Part shown: positions 21,011 to 29,683 of the stretch, in pieces
Layout: every line of letters starts with the position of its first letter
Position numbering within the stretch: position 1 is the stretch's first letter
Source: an uncultured Candidatus Binatia bacterium
GTDB taxonomy: Bacteria; Desulfobacterota; Binatia; UBA9968; CAXXLF01
DNA length: 64,000 nucleotides
Assembly (NCBI GenBank): GCA_965218425.1
Contig: OZ244621.1
Location: 160,001-224,000 of the forward strand
Direction: 5' to 3'
Made by a program: the position numbers and the translations under genes
The notes under the pieces: model-generated
The model's input: the letters and a program-made list of their open reading frames with translations, nothing else
Told to the model about the DNA's origin: nothing
Database searches by the model: none

Positions 21011-21696
21011 TTGACTTCGGTAGCTTTCAGACATGCCGCATACATTTTCTTGCAGCGGTTGCGTAACTTCCTGATTTCAGCAACAGTCCACAAACGGTTT
21101 TCCTGAGCATTTTCCGACTCTGCGAGGTCCGCTCTAGTCAGCAGGTTGTTGACTTGAGCGAGGCCCCGTTCAAACAACGGCAGCGCATCGGCATGTTGGC
21201 CGGTCTCATGGCAGCTGACCGCCAGGGGAAGATTGGTAAAATACTGATCCGGTTGTAATTTTAACGCAAGTTTCTGTACGAACATCGCTTCCTTGTAGCG
21301 CCCCTCCTCTTGCAATCGGAAACCCAACCCTGCAAACAGGTAAGCCACGCCTCTTATGGCCGACTCCAGTTCCGTCTTAGCCGCGAGGCCGGGATAATGA
21401 TTCCGAAGATAACCGTAGTCTTCCGAAACGGAGATGAAACGCATAGTGTCTTCCATTGTGGCCAAGCGCGAAACGACTTCAGCGAGAAAAAGATGGGGCA
21501 GAGACTTCCAGTCTTTGCTGGTCGTCAGGAGTTGCATCAGGCAATCCCGCTCCGACAGCCCCTTTCTTTCCAGGGTTCGGTAGCGCCGAAGCAGCGCACC
21601 TACTCTCGTTTTGGGGTTCATCCGCCATCGTGCCAGCTTTCGGTATACGGCGATGCCGGCAAAAAAGAACGCCACCCCAAACAACCAGTATTCCAT
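20995..21696 (-). CDS. Membrane-anchored TPR-like hypothetical protein
   Basis: N-terminal TM helix; C-terminal TPR-like GRYKEAM...ALKLQPD, GQHADALPLFERGL. Confidence 0.65.
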   Translation of the reverse strand: MEYWLFGVAFFFAGIAVYRKLARWRMNPKTRVGALLRRYRTLERKGLSERDCLMQLLTTSKDWKSLPHLFLAEVVSRLATMEDTMRFISVSEDYGYLRNHYPGLAAKTELESAIRGVAYLFAGLGFRLQEEGRYKEAMFVQKLALKLQPDQYFTNLPLAVSCHETGQHADALPLFERGLAQVNNLLTRADLAESENAQENRLWTVAEIRKLRNRCKKMYAACLKATEVKKQSA

Positions 21697-21951
21697 GACG
21701 ATCCCACCTCTTATTTTCGGCGGAATGCGGGGGCTGCGGTTGCAGCAAGAACATCATAGGGCATATCCAGCCTACCGCTCCCCTTTATTCCAAACGCGTC
21801 AGCCGTTTTGTTGAGAAAATTAAAGATCGCCGCAACATAAACCATTTCGGCGATTTGCCGGTCGCTGTAATCGAATTGACGCGGCTCCTCAATATCCTCA
21901 AGGGTAATCCTATAGGCGATCGGGAAAGCAGCCGGTATTACCGAAAACCGG

Positions 21952-23112
21952 CTAGGGCTCTCCGAAGCATTTCGTCGCGTTGTCCCACATCATTTTTCGC
22001 ATCACCTCGCCGCCCAGGGATTGCCACGCCAGCACCTTGTTAGTGGACTCGGGAAACCGGGATTCCGCGTGGGGGTAATCGGACGAATACATCAAAACGC
22101 CGTCGCCGAGGAAGTCGGTGACCATTCGGGCCATCTTCTCGCCTTCGTGGATCACGACGCTGGCGAAGAAGCGCCCGCCGGTCATGTATTCGCTGGGCTT
22201 GCGCGCCGGATTGTCCGGCAGGGCGTAGGGCATGTAGACGGATTGATCATCCATGCGCGCTGCCCAGAACGGAAGCCAGCCAAAGCCCGACTCGAGAATG
22301 CAGTAGCGGATATCAGGGTAGCGCTCCATGATCCCGGCGCCGAAAAACGCCGTCACCGCTCTCATGGCGCCCCACGGGTGCGAGGCGGTCCGGCCGATGA
22401 ACGGGTTGTCCCAGAGATCGCGGTACCCGGGATAGCCTGAGGTGAAGCTGTGATGCAACACACAGAGCACTTCCTCGTTGGCGGCGGCCCAGATGGGCTC
22501 CAGGTCCGGGTGGTCGATGGGAACGCCTTCAGCCAGGTGGGGATGGATGCCGGCGGCCCATGGCGCGCGCGCCCATGTTTTTATTTCTTGCACCGACGCC
22601 TCGATGGCTCTGTTGCTCACCACGATGAGAGACTTCAGGCGGTGCGGGTGCTTGCTGCAGAAGTCTTGGGTAAAGCGATGGTTGGCCCGGATAAAACCCA
22701 TCTCGATCTCCACGTCGTCCGTGGCCGGGGGCAGTCCGGGAAGCATGAGCTGCGCGTCCACCCCTTCCTCGTCCATATCCCGAATGCGCGCTTCCACGTC
22801 GTCATCGGACCCCCCGGGCGTCGGAAAGCGGCTTCCCATGAACGTCGGGAAATGACGCTCAATATGCTCCCTGGGACCGGCTTCACCTAGTATACGCAGG
22901 CCCTCGCGCCAGCCGGCTCTTTTCTTGAACTGGTAACGGTGGCGGTACGGCGGTTCGAGAACCTCGCCGGCCCAGCCCACGCGAAATGGAACCTTGCAGC
23001 TCTCCCACTCGGGCAGCCGCTTGCGCATGGCGGCGTCGAAGTATGGCTCCAGGGTTTCGGCATGCGGACTGAGGTGCGTGTCCGAATCAAAAATCCTTAA
23101 ACCGTCGCGCAT
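21952..23112 (-). CDS. Amidohydrolase family protein
   Basis: IFDSDTH, DMDEEGVD, MYSSDYPH. Confidence 0.9.
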   Translation of the reverse strand: MRDGLRIFDSDTHLSPHAETLEPYFDAAMRKRLPEWESCKVPFRVGWAGEVLEPPYRHRYQFKKRAGWREGLRILGEAGPREHIERHFPTFMGSRFPTPGGSDDDVEARIRDMDEEGVDAQLMLPGLPPATDDVEIEMGFIRANHRFTQDFCSKHPHRLKSLIVVSNRAIEASVQEIKTWARAPWAAGIHPHLAEGVPIDHPDLEPIWAAANEEVLCVLHHSFTSGYPGYRDLWDNPFIGRTASHPWGAMRAVTAFFGAGIMERYPDIRYCILESGFGWLPFWAARMDDQSVYMPYALPDNPARKPSEYMTGGRFFASVVIHEGEKMARMVTDFLGDGVLMYSSDYPHAESRFPESTNKVLAWQSLGGEVMRKMMWDNATKCFGEP

Positions 23113-23458
23113 TCCTGCTCCTTACATAGCCACGAGTGTGAGGCTGCCCATGGTTATCACGCGGCATCATTTGGCAGAGGGCGCCGCGATAGTGTATTCG
23201 TGGCGCGCGGGCCATGCACGGAGATTATCCCTAAACTCATCCCGCATCAATACTGCTGCGTTCTTTGATAGTTGACAACCCCTACCCCTGTGATATTGGT
23301 ACCCGCATGGGCAGGCGGTTAGCCTCCCACTATCGGCAAAGCATCCTGCTCCATGTGTGACGTGACCAGGCCCTTCAGATCGGCGCCTACACCGCGTACG
23401 CCTTCAGTGAAATCCCGGGCCTGACAACTTTTTTAGAGTGAGAGGAGAGCGGTAATCA

Positions 23459-24658
23459 ATGGCCAAGAACGGGTTCAGGGCGTTCGACAGCGACATGCAT
23501 ATCATGGAGCCTCCCGACCTGTGGGAACGCTACATTGCCCCGGAGTTCCGCTCCATGGCGCCTCATGGCGTGACCTCCGAGAACGTGCGGGATTTGCGCA
23601 TCGCCTTTCCGGACCAAACGCCGGGCGGCCGGACGATCGGAATATCGTCAAGGCGGGGGCGCAACTACGAGCGCAACCAGGCTCTCTACCACAACCATGC
23701 CGCGCGCGGCTGGAGCGGCGAGGTGCAGCTCGATGCCATGAACGTGGAGGGCCTTGACGTTGCGGTGATGTTTCCCAGCCGGGGGTTAAACGTCCTCGTG
23801 GGCCCGGACGGCGGGGCTCGGACCCCCGATCCCCGCTTTGCCGCCGCCATCGCGAGAGCATACAACGACTGGCTATACGAGTTCTGCCAGGCCGATCCGC
23901 GGCGCATGCTGGGCGCCGGCATGATCTCGGTGTACGACATCGACGCCGCCGTCGAGGAGACCCACCGGGTGGTAAAAGACTACGGTTTCAAGGCGGTCTT
24001 CCTGCGCTCCAATGTTATCAACGGCAAAGCCTGGCACGACCCCTATTACGAACCCCTGTGGAATACCCTGGAAAGTTTGCAAATCCCCCTCGGCTTTCAT
24101 CAGGCCTCGGGTTCGAGCATCCCCCAACTATGCAAGCCCTGGTTCGGCCCGCTCTCCGGCATCCAGCGGGCTTACGGCCAGCCCGTCGGGCAGATGTTCG
24201 GCGTAGGCAGCTTCCTCTGCGGCGGTGTCCTCGAGCGGCACCCGGCCCTCAAGGTCGCCTTTCTGGAGGCCAACTGCTCCTGGCTGCCGTGGCTGCTGTG
24301 GCGCCTTGATGAAGCCTACGAGCTGGAGGGCGACCTCGACATGCCCGAGCTCACCATGGTGCCCAGCGAGTACTTCAAGCGACAGTGCGTCGCCTCGGTG
24401 GAGCCGGACGAGACTCCGGCGCGCTACACCATCGACTTCCTCGGCAACGATAACCTCGTGTACTCCACCGACTACCCCCACGGCGATTCCCGCTATCCGC
24501 ACGCCACGGAGAGCTTCCTGCAACTGCCGCTGTCCGACGAGGACAAGCGGAAGATCCTGTGGGACAACTGCGCGCGTTTCTATGCGATCGGCGATTCGTC
24601 ATTCATCGGCGCCGGCCGAACTAACCAAGCAATGACAAGCTCAGCTTCACTTCGATAG
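23459..24658 (+). CDS. Amidohydrolase family protein
   Basis: FDSDMH, AYNDWL, YSTDYPH. Confidence 0.9.
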   Translation: MAKNGFRAFDSDMHIMEPPDLWERYIAPEFRSMAPHGVTSENVRDLRIAFPDQTPGGRTIGISSRRGRNYERNQALYHNHAARGWSGEVQLDAMNVEGLDVAVMFPSRGLNVLVGPDGGARTPDPRFAAAIARAYNDWLYEFCQADPRRMLGAGMISVYDIDAAVEETHRVVKDYGFKAVFLRSNVINGKAWHDPYYEPLWNTLESLQIPLGFHQASGSSIPQLCKPWFGPLSGIQRAYGQPVGQMFGVGSFLCGGVLERHPALKVAFLEANCSWLPWLLWRLDEAYELEGDLDMPELTMVPSEYFKRQCVASVEPDETPARYTIDFLGNDNLVYSTDYPHGDSRYPHATESFLQLPLSDEDKRKILWDNCARFYAIGDSSFIGAGRTNQAMTSSASLR

Positions 24659-24674
24659 GAAGGATTTCGTAGTT

Positions 24675-25304
24675 ATGGAAACTCGCGGCAAAAACGCACT
24701 TGAACGTTTCATCGGCAAGACCCGGGAGCAGTTCGCCAATGAGCCGGACCTGGACAAACGGTGGGCGGCGCTGCCGCCGATCCTGAAGGAGCTCCTGGAG
24801 GACCCGGAGGTTCGTGAGGCCTCAAGAGCATGGCCGGTTCCCGGTTCAATCGTAAATTCGGGGGAGCGTCGTGCCGGGAATCTGCTGTTCTACGAGGATC
24901 CGGACTATGGGTTTGTTATCAACGGTCAGGTCCACGAAGCGGCCCAGCGGCAGGGCGAACCGAGACGCGCTCATGATCATGGAGCCATCTACACCGCCTA
25001 CGGCTTGTTGGACGGGCACGAGCGGATCACGCTGTATAAGCGAACCGACGACGGGTCCAAACCCGACCACGCCGAGGTGGAAAAGACTTCCGATTACCTG
25101 GCCGCGCCCGGGGATGTGCACCTGGCCAGGCCACGAGACATCCATTTGGAGGTTAACGTCGGCGAGCGAACGGCCGCCGTGATCATTCGCAGCGCAAAGG
25201 ACGGAGTGCCGACCAACCTTCACGGCCGGTACGACCTGGAAACCAACAGATACGACGAGAGTATCGGGCCGCGCCAGATACCCGCCGAGATGCTGCCCAA
25301 GTAG
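24675..25304 (+). CDS. Cupin protein, cysteine dioxygenase-like
   Basis: HDH...G.E and DIH metal-binding pattern; LLFYEDPDYGF. Confidence 0.7.
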   Translation: METRGKNALERFIGKTREQFANEPDLDKRWAALPPILKELLEDPEVREASRAWPVPGSIVNSGERRAGNLLFYEDPDYGFVINGQVHEAAQRQGEPRRAHDHGAIYTAYGLLDGHERITLYKRTDDGSKPDHAEVEKTSDYLAAPGDVHLARPRDIHLEVNVGERTAAVIIRSAKDGVPTNLHGRYDLETNRYDESIGPRQIPAEMLPK

Positions 25305-25334
25305 AGGCTCCGGGTCCGAATCTCCCCGGCGCCT

Positions 25335-25553
25335 CATGCCTTCTTGCTATTCTGGGTTTCCCCCCCTTTCGGATTCCGGCTTGTATCGTGCCAATTCTCT
25401 CTTGGAACGTCCTGTCCATCTGGACGCGGCGTTCTAAAGCATGGATGCGATTCTTTCTCGTCGATGGCATTTAGCTGGATGTATCGTTTGTGACAGTCTA
25501 ACCCGACGTAAAGCATGGGGTCTTCTCCTTTCAGGTTTGATGGCCGCTACAAC
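25335..25553 (-). mobile_element. IS110-derived non-autonomous element, copy A (left end missing)
   Basis: Encodes MLYVGLDCHKRY and KNRIHAL fragments; matches other copies. Confidence 0.8.
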
Positions 25554-25786
25554 GATGAGGTCGGTACCGGAGGATCTCTGATGTGTCATACCGCAGCAGG
25601 AGGAGTCTGATGGGACAAGGGAGCGATAAAGAGCCGGGTGCTGGCGGGTCCGGCGGTGTCCTACTCCAGCGGTGACGGCGGGTAGCCGGAATCCAGCTGC
25701 TCGTCGAGAATGAGGGCCGAACAGACGCGGCAATTCGTTACGATGGGACGACGACTCTACAGGACGAGAGCTCGCTCGGAGGCTTC

Positions 25787-27763
25787 ATGACCAAAAACCG
25801 GTTCGCTACCGCACTCGCTGCCCTCGTGCTCGCGCCCACGCTGGCGGTCTCCCACCCGCTCGACGGGTTGACGGCGGCGGAAATTCGGCGCGTCACCGAG
25901 ATCCTGCGCGCGGCGGGCGAAGCGAACGACCGGACGCGGTACCCGCTGATCGAGCTGATCGAGCCGCCGAAGGCGGATGTCCTCGCGTGGTCCGAGGGAG
26001 ACCCCGCGCCGCGCCGCGCCCTGGTGCACCTGCTGAGCGAGACCGGCTTTCGCACCGCCGTCGTCGACATTACGGACGGCGCGGTCGAAGCCGCCGGCCC
26101 GGCCGCGGGCCAGCCTATGGTGCTGTTCGAGGAATTCACCGGCGCTATGAGAGCCGCTCTCGAGCATCCGGAGATGGTCGCCGGGCTGGCAAGGCGCGGC
26201 CTGACTCCCGCCGACGTGTTCTGCCTGCCGCTGACCGCCGGCAACTACCTGACCGCGGAGTACGAGGGCACGCGTCTGATGAAGGTGCCCTGTTACCTCA
26301 ATCCGGCAGGCTCGAACTACTACGCCAAGCCGATCGAGGGCCTGTTCGCGGTCGTCGATCTGATGAAAGGCGAGGCGACCGGCGTCGTGGACGAGGGCGT
26401 CGTGCCGGCGCCGGAGGACGACTGGGGCTACACGCAGCAGGAAGTCGCCGCTCGCCGGCCGTTGCGCCCGGCATCCAGCCCGGTCAATCTGACCCAGCCG
26501 GGCGGCCCCGGCTACGCAATCACGGGCTCGCGCATCGAATGGGACATCTGGCGCTTCCGCCTGCGAGTCGACAAGCGACCGGGCATCGTGCTCTCGAACA
26601 TCGACGTGCGTGACGGCGAGCGCTGGCGGTCGGTGCTCTACCAAGCTCATCTCTCCGAGGTGTTCGTGCCCTACATGGATCCGGCTGCGGGCTGGTATTT
26701 TCGCACCTATATGGACAGCGGCGAATACGGCTTCGGCCTGTTCCTCAGCCCCTTGACGGCCGGCGTCGATTGCCCCCGCCACGCGACCTTCATGCCGGCG
26801 TTCGTCAACGACGACCGAGGCAGACCGCTGGAGATCCCGGACGCAATCTGCGTGTTCGAGCGATCCATCGGCGACCCGGCTTGGCGCCACTTCGAGGTGT
26901 TCGCCCAGGGCGAAGCCACGTTCGTGCCGGCCGAGGGCCGGCGCGATATCGAGCTGGTGGTGCGAAGCGTCTCCGTCGTCGGCAACTACGACTATTTGAT
27001 CGACTATCGCTTCCGTCAGAACGGCGAGATCTACATCAAGATCGGCGCGACCGGCCTGGATGCGGTCAAGGGCGTTGCCTCCGCCTCGATGGAGGACCCG
27101 ACCACCGTCGCCGACACCGCCTACGGCACGTTGGTGGCGCCCAACCTCGTGGCGCCGTTCCACGACCACTATTTCAACTTCCGCCTGGACTTCGACGTCG
27201 ACGGCCCAATCAATCATCCCGCCGTCTTGGAGGTGGTGGCCGGCGAGCCGGCAACGGACAGCCCGCGCCGCTCGTTCTGGACGGTCAAGCGCTCAACCCC
27301 GGCCTCTGAGTTGGAGGCGCGCTACACCTTGAGCGCGATGGCGCCGATGTACTTCCTGGTCCTGAACCAAGCCGAGCGCACGCCGCTGGGCCATCACCCC
27401 GCCTACATGATCCATCGCGGCAGCGTTGCCTACGGTCCGTTCGACTACGCCGCCGACCCGCCGATGAGACGCAACGCCTATATCGAGTACACGATCTGGA
27501 ACACCGTCCACGATCCGGCCCAACGCTATGCCGGCGGGGAGTTCCCGATGCAGAGCGACGGCTCGGACACGTTGGCCGAGTGGGTCAAGGCGGACCGGCC
27601 GTTGCAGGGTACAGACGTGGTGACGTGGTTCACCGCGGGGTTCCACCACCTCCCGCGGGCCGAGAACTGGCCGGTGATGTCGACCGATTGGAAGACCATT
27701 CACATCATCCCGCACAACTTTTTCGCACAGAACCCGGCGCTGACGATCCGGGCGGCACACTGA
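25787..27763 (+). CDS. Secreted copper-containing (TPQ) amine oxidase
   Basis: Signal peptide, HPLDGL, TPQ consensus GNYDY, Cu ligands HDH and HH. Confidence 0.92.
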   Translation: MTKNRFATALAALVLAPTLAVSHPLDGLTAAEIRRVTEILRAAGEANDRTRYPLIELIEPPKADVLAWSEGDPAPRRALVHLLSETGFRTAVVDITDGAVEAAGPAAGQPMVLFEEFTGAMRAALEHPEMVAGLARRGLTPADVFCLPLTAGNYLTAEYEGTRLMKVPCYLNPAGSNYYAKPIEGLFAVVDLMKGEATGVVDEGVVPAPEDDWGYTQQEVAARRPLRPASSPVNLTQPGGPGYAITGSRIEWDIWRFRLRVDKRPGIVLSNIDVRDGERWRSVLYQAHLSEVFVPYMDPAAGWYFRTYMDSGEYGFGLFLSPLTAGVDCPRHATFMPAFVNDDRGRPLEIPDAICVFERSIGDPAWRHFEVFAQGEATFVPAEGRRDIELVVRSVSVVGNYDYLIDYRFRQNGEIYIKIGATGLDAVKGVASASMEDPTTVADTAYGTLVAPNLVAPFHDHYFNFRLDFDVDGPINHPAVLEVVAGEPATDSPRRSFWTVKRSTPASELEARYTLSAMAPMYFLVLNQAERTPLGHHPAYMIHRGSVAYGPFDYAADPPMRRNAYIEYTIWNTVHDPAQRYAGGEFPMQSDGSDTLAEWVKADRPLQGTDVVTWFTAGFHHLPRAENWPVMSTDWKTIHIIPHNFFAQNPALTIRAAH

Positions 27764-27887
27764 GTGCCCGGGCACCGCACGGCGACGGCGGCTATGGCGT
27801 CCCGCGCGCCGGTGAAGCCGGCAGCCTTCTCCTTCCTGCAAGGTAGATTTCAACCGGGAGCGACCGCACCAGCAGCGCCGGAGTAAT

Positions 27888-28158
27888 GGGGGCCAGGTAA
27901 CATGAAAAAGGGGTCAAGCTCCAACAGGATGGTGGTTGTAACGGCCATCGAATCTGAAAGGAGAAGACCCCATGCTTACGTCGGGTTAGACTGTCACAGA
28001 CGATACGCCCAGGTATATGCCATTGACGAGAAAGGATCGCATCCATGATTTGGCGGACCGCGTCCAAATGGACAGGACGTTCCACAAGAGAATCGGCGCG
28101 ATACAAGCTGGAATCCGAAAGGGAAGGAAACCCAAAATATCAAAAAGACAATCCTGAC
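27888..28158 (+). mobile_element. IS110-derived non-autonomous element, copy B
   Basis: CAGGTAACATGAAAAAGGGGTCAAGCTCC...CCGCGTCCAAATGGACAGG...CCTGAC. Confidence 0.8.
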
Positions 28159-28165
28159 AGCGGCC

Positions 28166-28942
28166 TTAGAACCCGCAATCCTGGCAGACCTTGTAACGTG
28201 GTCCTCGGGCAGGATCGGTCTCGACTGCGACGGCCCCCCACGCTTGTCCTCTAGGCCGGGTGTAGGTCCCGCGCCCGGTCAGTTCACCGTCCACAAACTC
28301 GCCCTCGTAGCGGTTGCCATTGGTCCACGTATAGACCCCGCGGCCGTGCAGTTTGTCGTCCACGAACTCGCCCTCGTAGCGGTCGCCATTGGTCCACGTG
28401 AAGACCCCGCGCCCGGTCCGTTCGTTGTCGACGAACTCGCCCTCGTAGCGGTCGCCATTGGTCCACGTGAAGACCCCGCGCCCGGTCCGTTCGTTGTCGA
28501 CGAACTCGCCCTCGTAGCGGTTGCCATCGGTCCACGTGAAGACCCCGCGCCCGGTCCGTTCGTTGTCGACGAACTCGCCCTCGTAGCGGTTGCCATCGGT
28601 CCACGTGAAGACCCCGCGCCCGGTCCGTTCGTTGTCGACGAACTCGCCCTCGTAGCGGTCGCCATTGGTCCACGTGAAGACCCCGCGCCCGGTCCGTTCG
28701 TTGTCGACGAACTCGCCCTCGTAGCGGTTGCCATCGGTCCACGTGTAGACCCCGCGCCCGTGCGGTTTGCCGTTTCGTGTCTGCCCGTGATAACGGCCGT
28801 TGTCATAGGTGATTGTCTCTATCGCTGCAACAATGCTTGCGTTTTCGTTGTATGTCTGTGCCATCCCTGGAGGCGCGCTCGTCGTCACTACCAAGGCCCC
28901 GATCGAAACGAGAAACCATATCAAGTGCCTGATGGTTTTCAT
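28166..28942 (-). CDS. Secreted MORN-repeat protein
   Basis: AGGAGG RBS, signal peptide, eight 23-aa MORN repeats (consensus YEGEFVDNERTGRGVFTWT.G.R). Confidence 0.88.
   Translation of the reverse strand: MKTIRHLIWFLVSIGALVVTTSAPPGMAQTYNENASIVAAIETITYDNGRYHGQTRNGKPHGRGVYTWTDGNRYEGEFVDNERTGRGVFTWTNGDRYEGEFVDNERTGRGVFTWTDGNRYEGEFVDNERTGRGVFTWTDGNRYEGEFVDNERTGRGVFTWTNGDRYEGEFVDNERTGRGVFTWTNGDRYEGEFVDDKLHGRGVYTWTNGNRYEGEFVDGELTGRGTYTRPRGQAWGAVAVETDPARGPRYKVCQDCGF
28270..28760. repeat. 69-bp tandem repeat encoding MORN units
   Basis: Near-identical 69-nt units differing mainly at TDGN/TNGD codons. Confidence 0.9.
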
Positions 28943-29282
28943 CACAATCCTCCTTTTCCAGTCCTGTTTATCAATCTTCAACCGAGCGAGTCAGCATCCG
29001 TGAAGATTGGGAAATTCGGCGCGATACAACCCGGCCGCCGGCCTTTGGCGGAATTTTTCGTAAATGCAATCGCTCTGCGCAATCGCAAAGATCGCCGAAA
29101 ACACAAGAGCGATTGCGCCTATTGGCTCTTTTTCTCGCACATATCTGAAAAATTCCATTGACGACTCGATTTTAGTGAGTTCATTGGAAAATTTTCAACG
29201 GCGTAGTGCAAGAGCAATTGCTTCGAGATCGGCATAGAATTATACAGAACTAGAGTCGTAAAGTGATGCTACACTGTCGTCG

Positions 29283-29505
29283 CTTGGTCAACCACCTCAA
29301 GACCGAGGCGCACACGGGCAAGCAGGGCCGAGCAGCTTAGACGGTGCGACTTTGTCATCCTCGACGAGTTCGGCTATTTGCTTTTCGCCCGGACCGGCGG
29401 TCAGTTGCCGTTCCATCTCGTCAGCAAACTCCGTGAGCGGAGCTCGATCGTCATCATCACCGACCTTGCTTTCGGAGAATGGCCGTCCGTGTTTGGCGAC
29501 GCTCA
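29283..29505 (+). pseudogene. istB: IS21 family IstB ATPase fragment
   Basis: DFVILDEFGYLLFARTGGQLPFHLVSKLRERSSIVIITDLAFGEWPSVFGDA. Confidence 0.8.
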
Positions 29506-29683
29506 TCTCGCGGGCAACCCGCATCGTGGGATCGCCGCAGCTCTCTCTTGCCGCTCACAAGGCATCACGGTATCTTGAGTGGAACACGATGAACACACGG
29601 AGCCGGGAACAATTGAACTTTGTCGATTCAAGTGAACATGCCGGACGCCGTCCCGGACACGATGCGCCCGCGCGATTGGCGCC

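Noticed and set aside
25757..27217. 486-aa minus-strand ORF
   Set aside because: Antisense shadow of the GC-rich amine oxidase gene
28270..28760. MORN repeat as a CRISPR array or DGR template/variable repeat
   Set aside because: Contiguous in-frame coding repeats without spacers; no reverse transcriptase in the window
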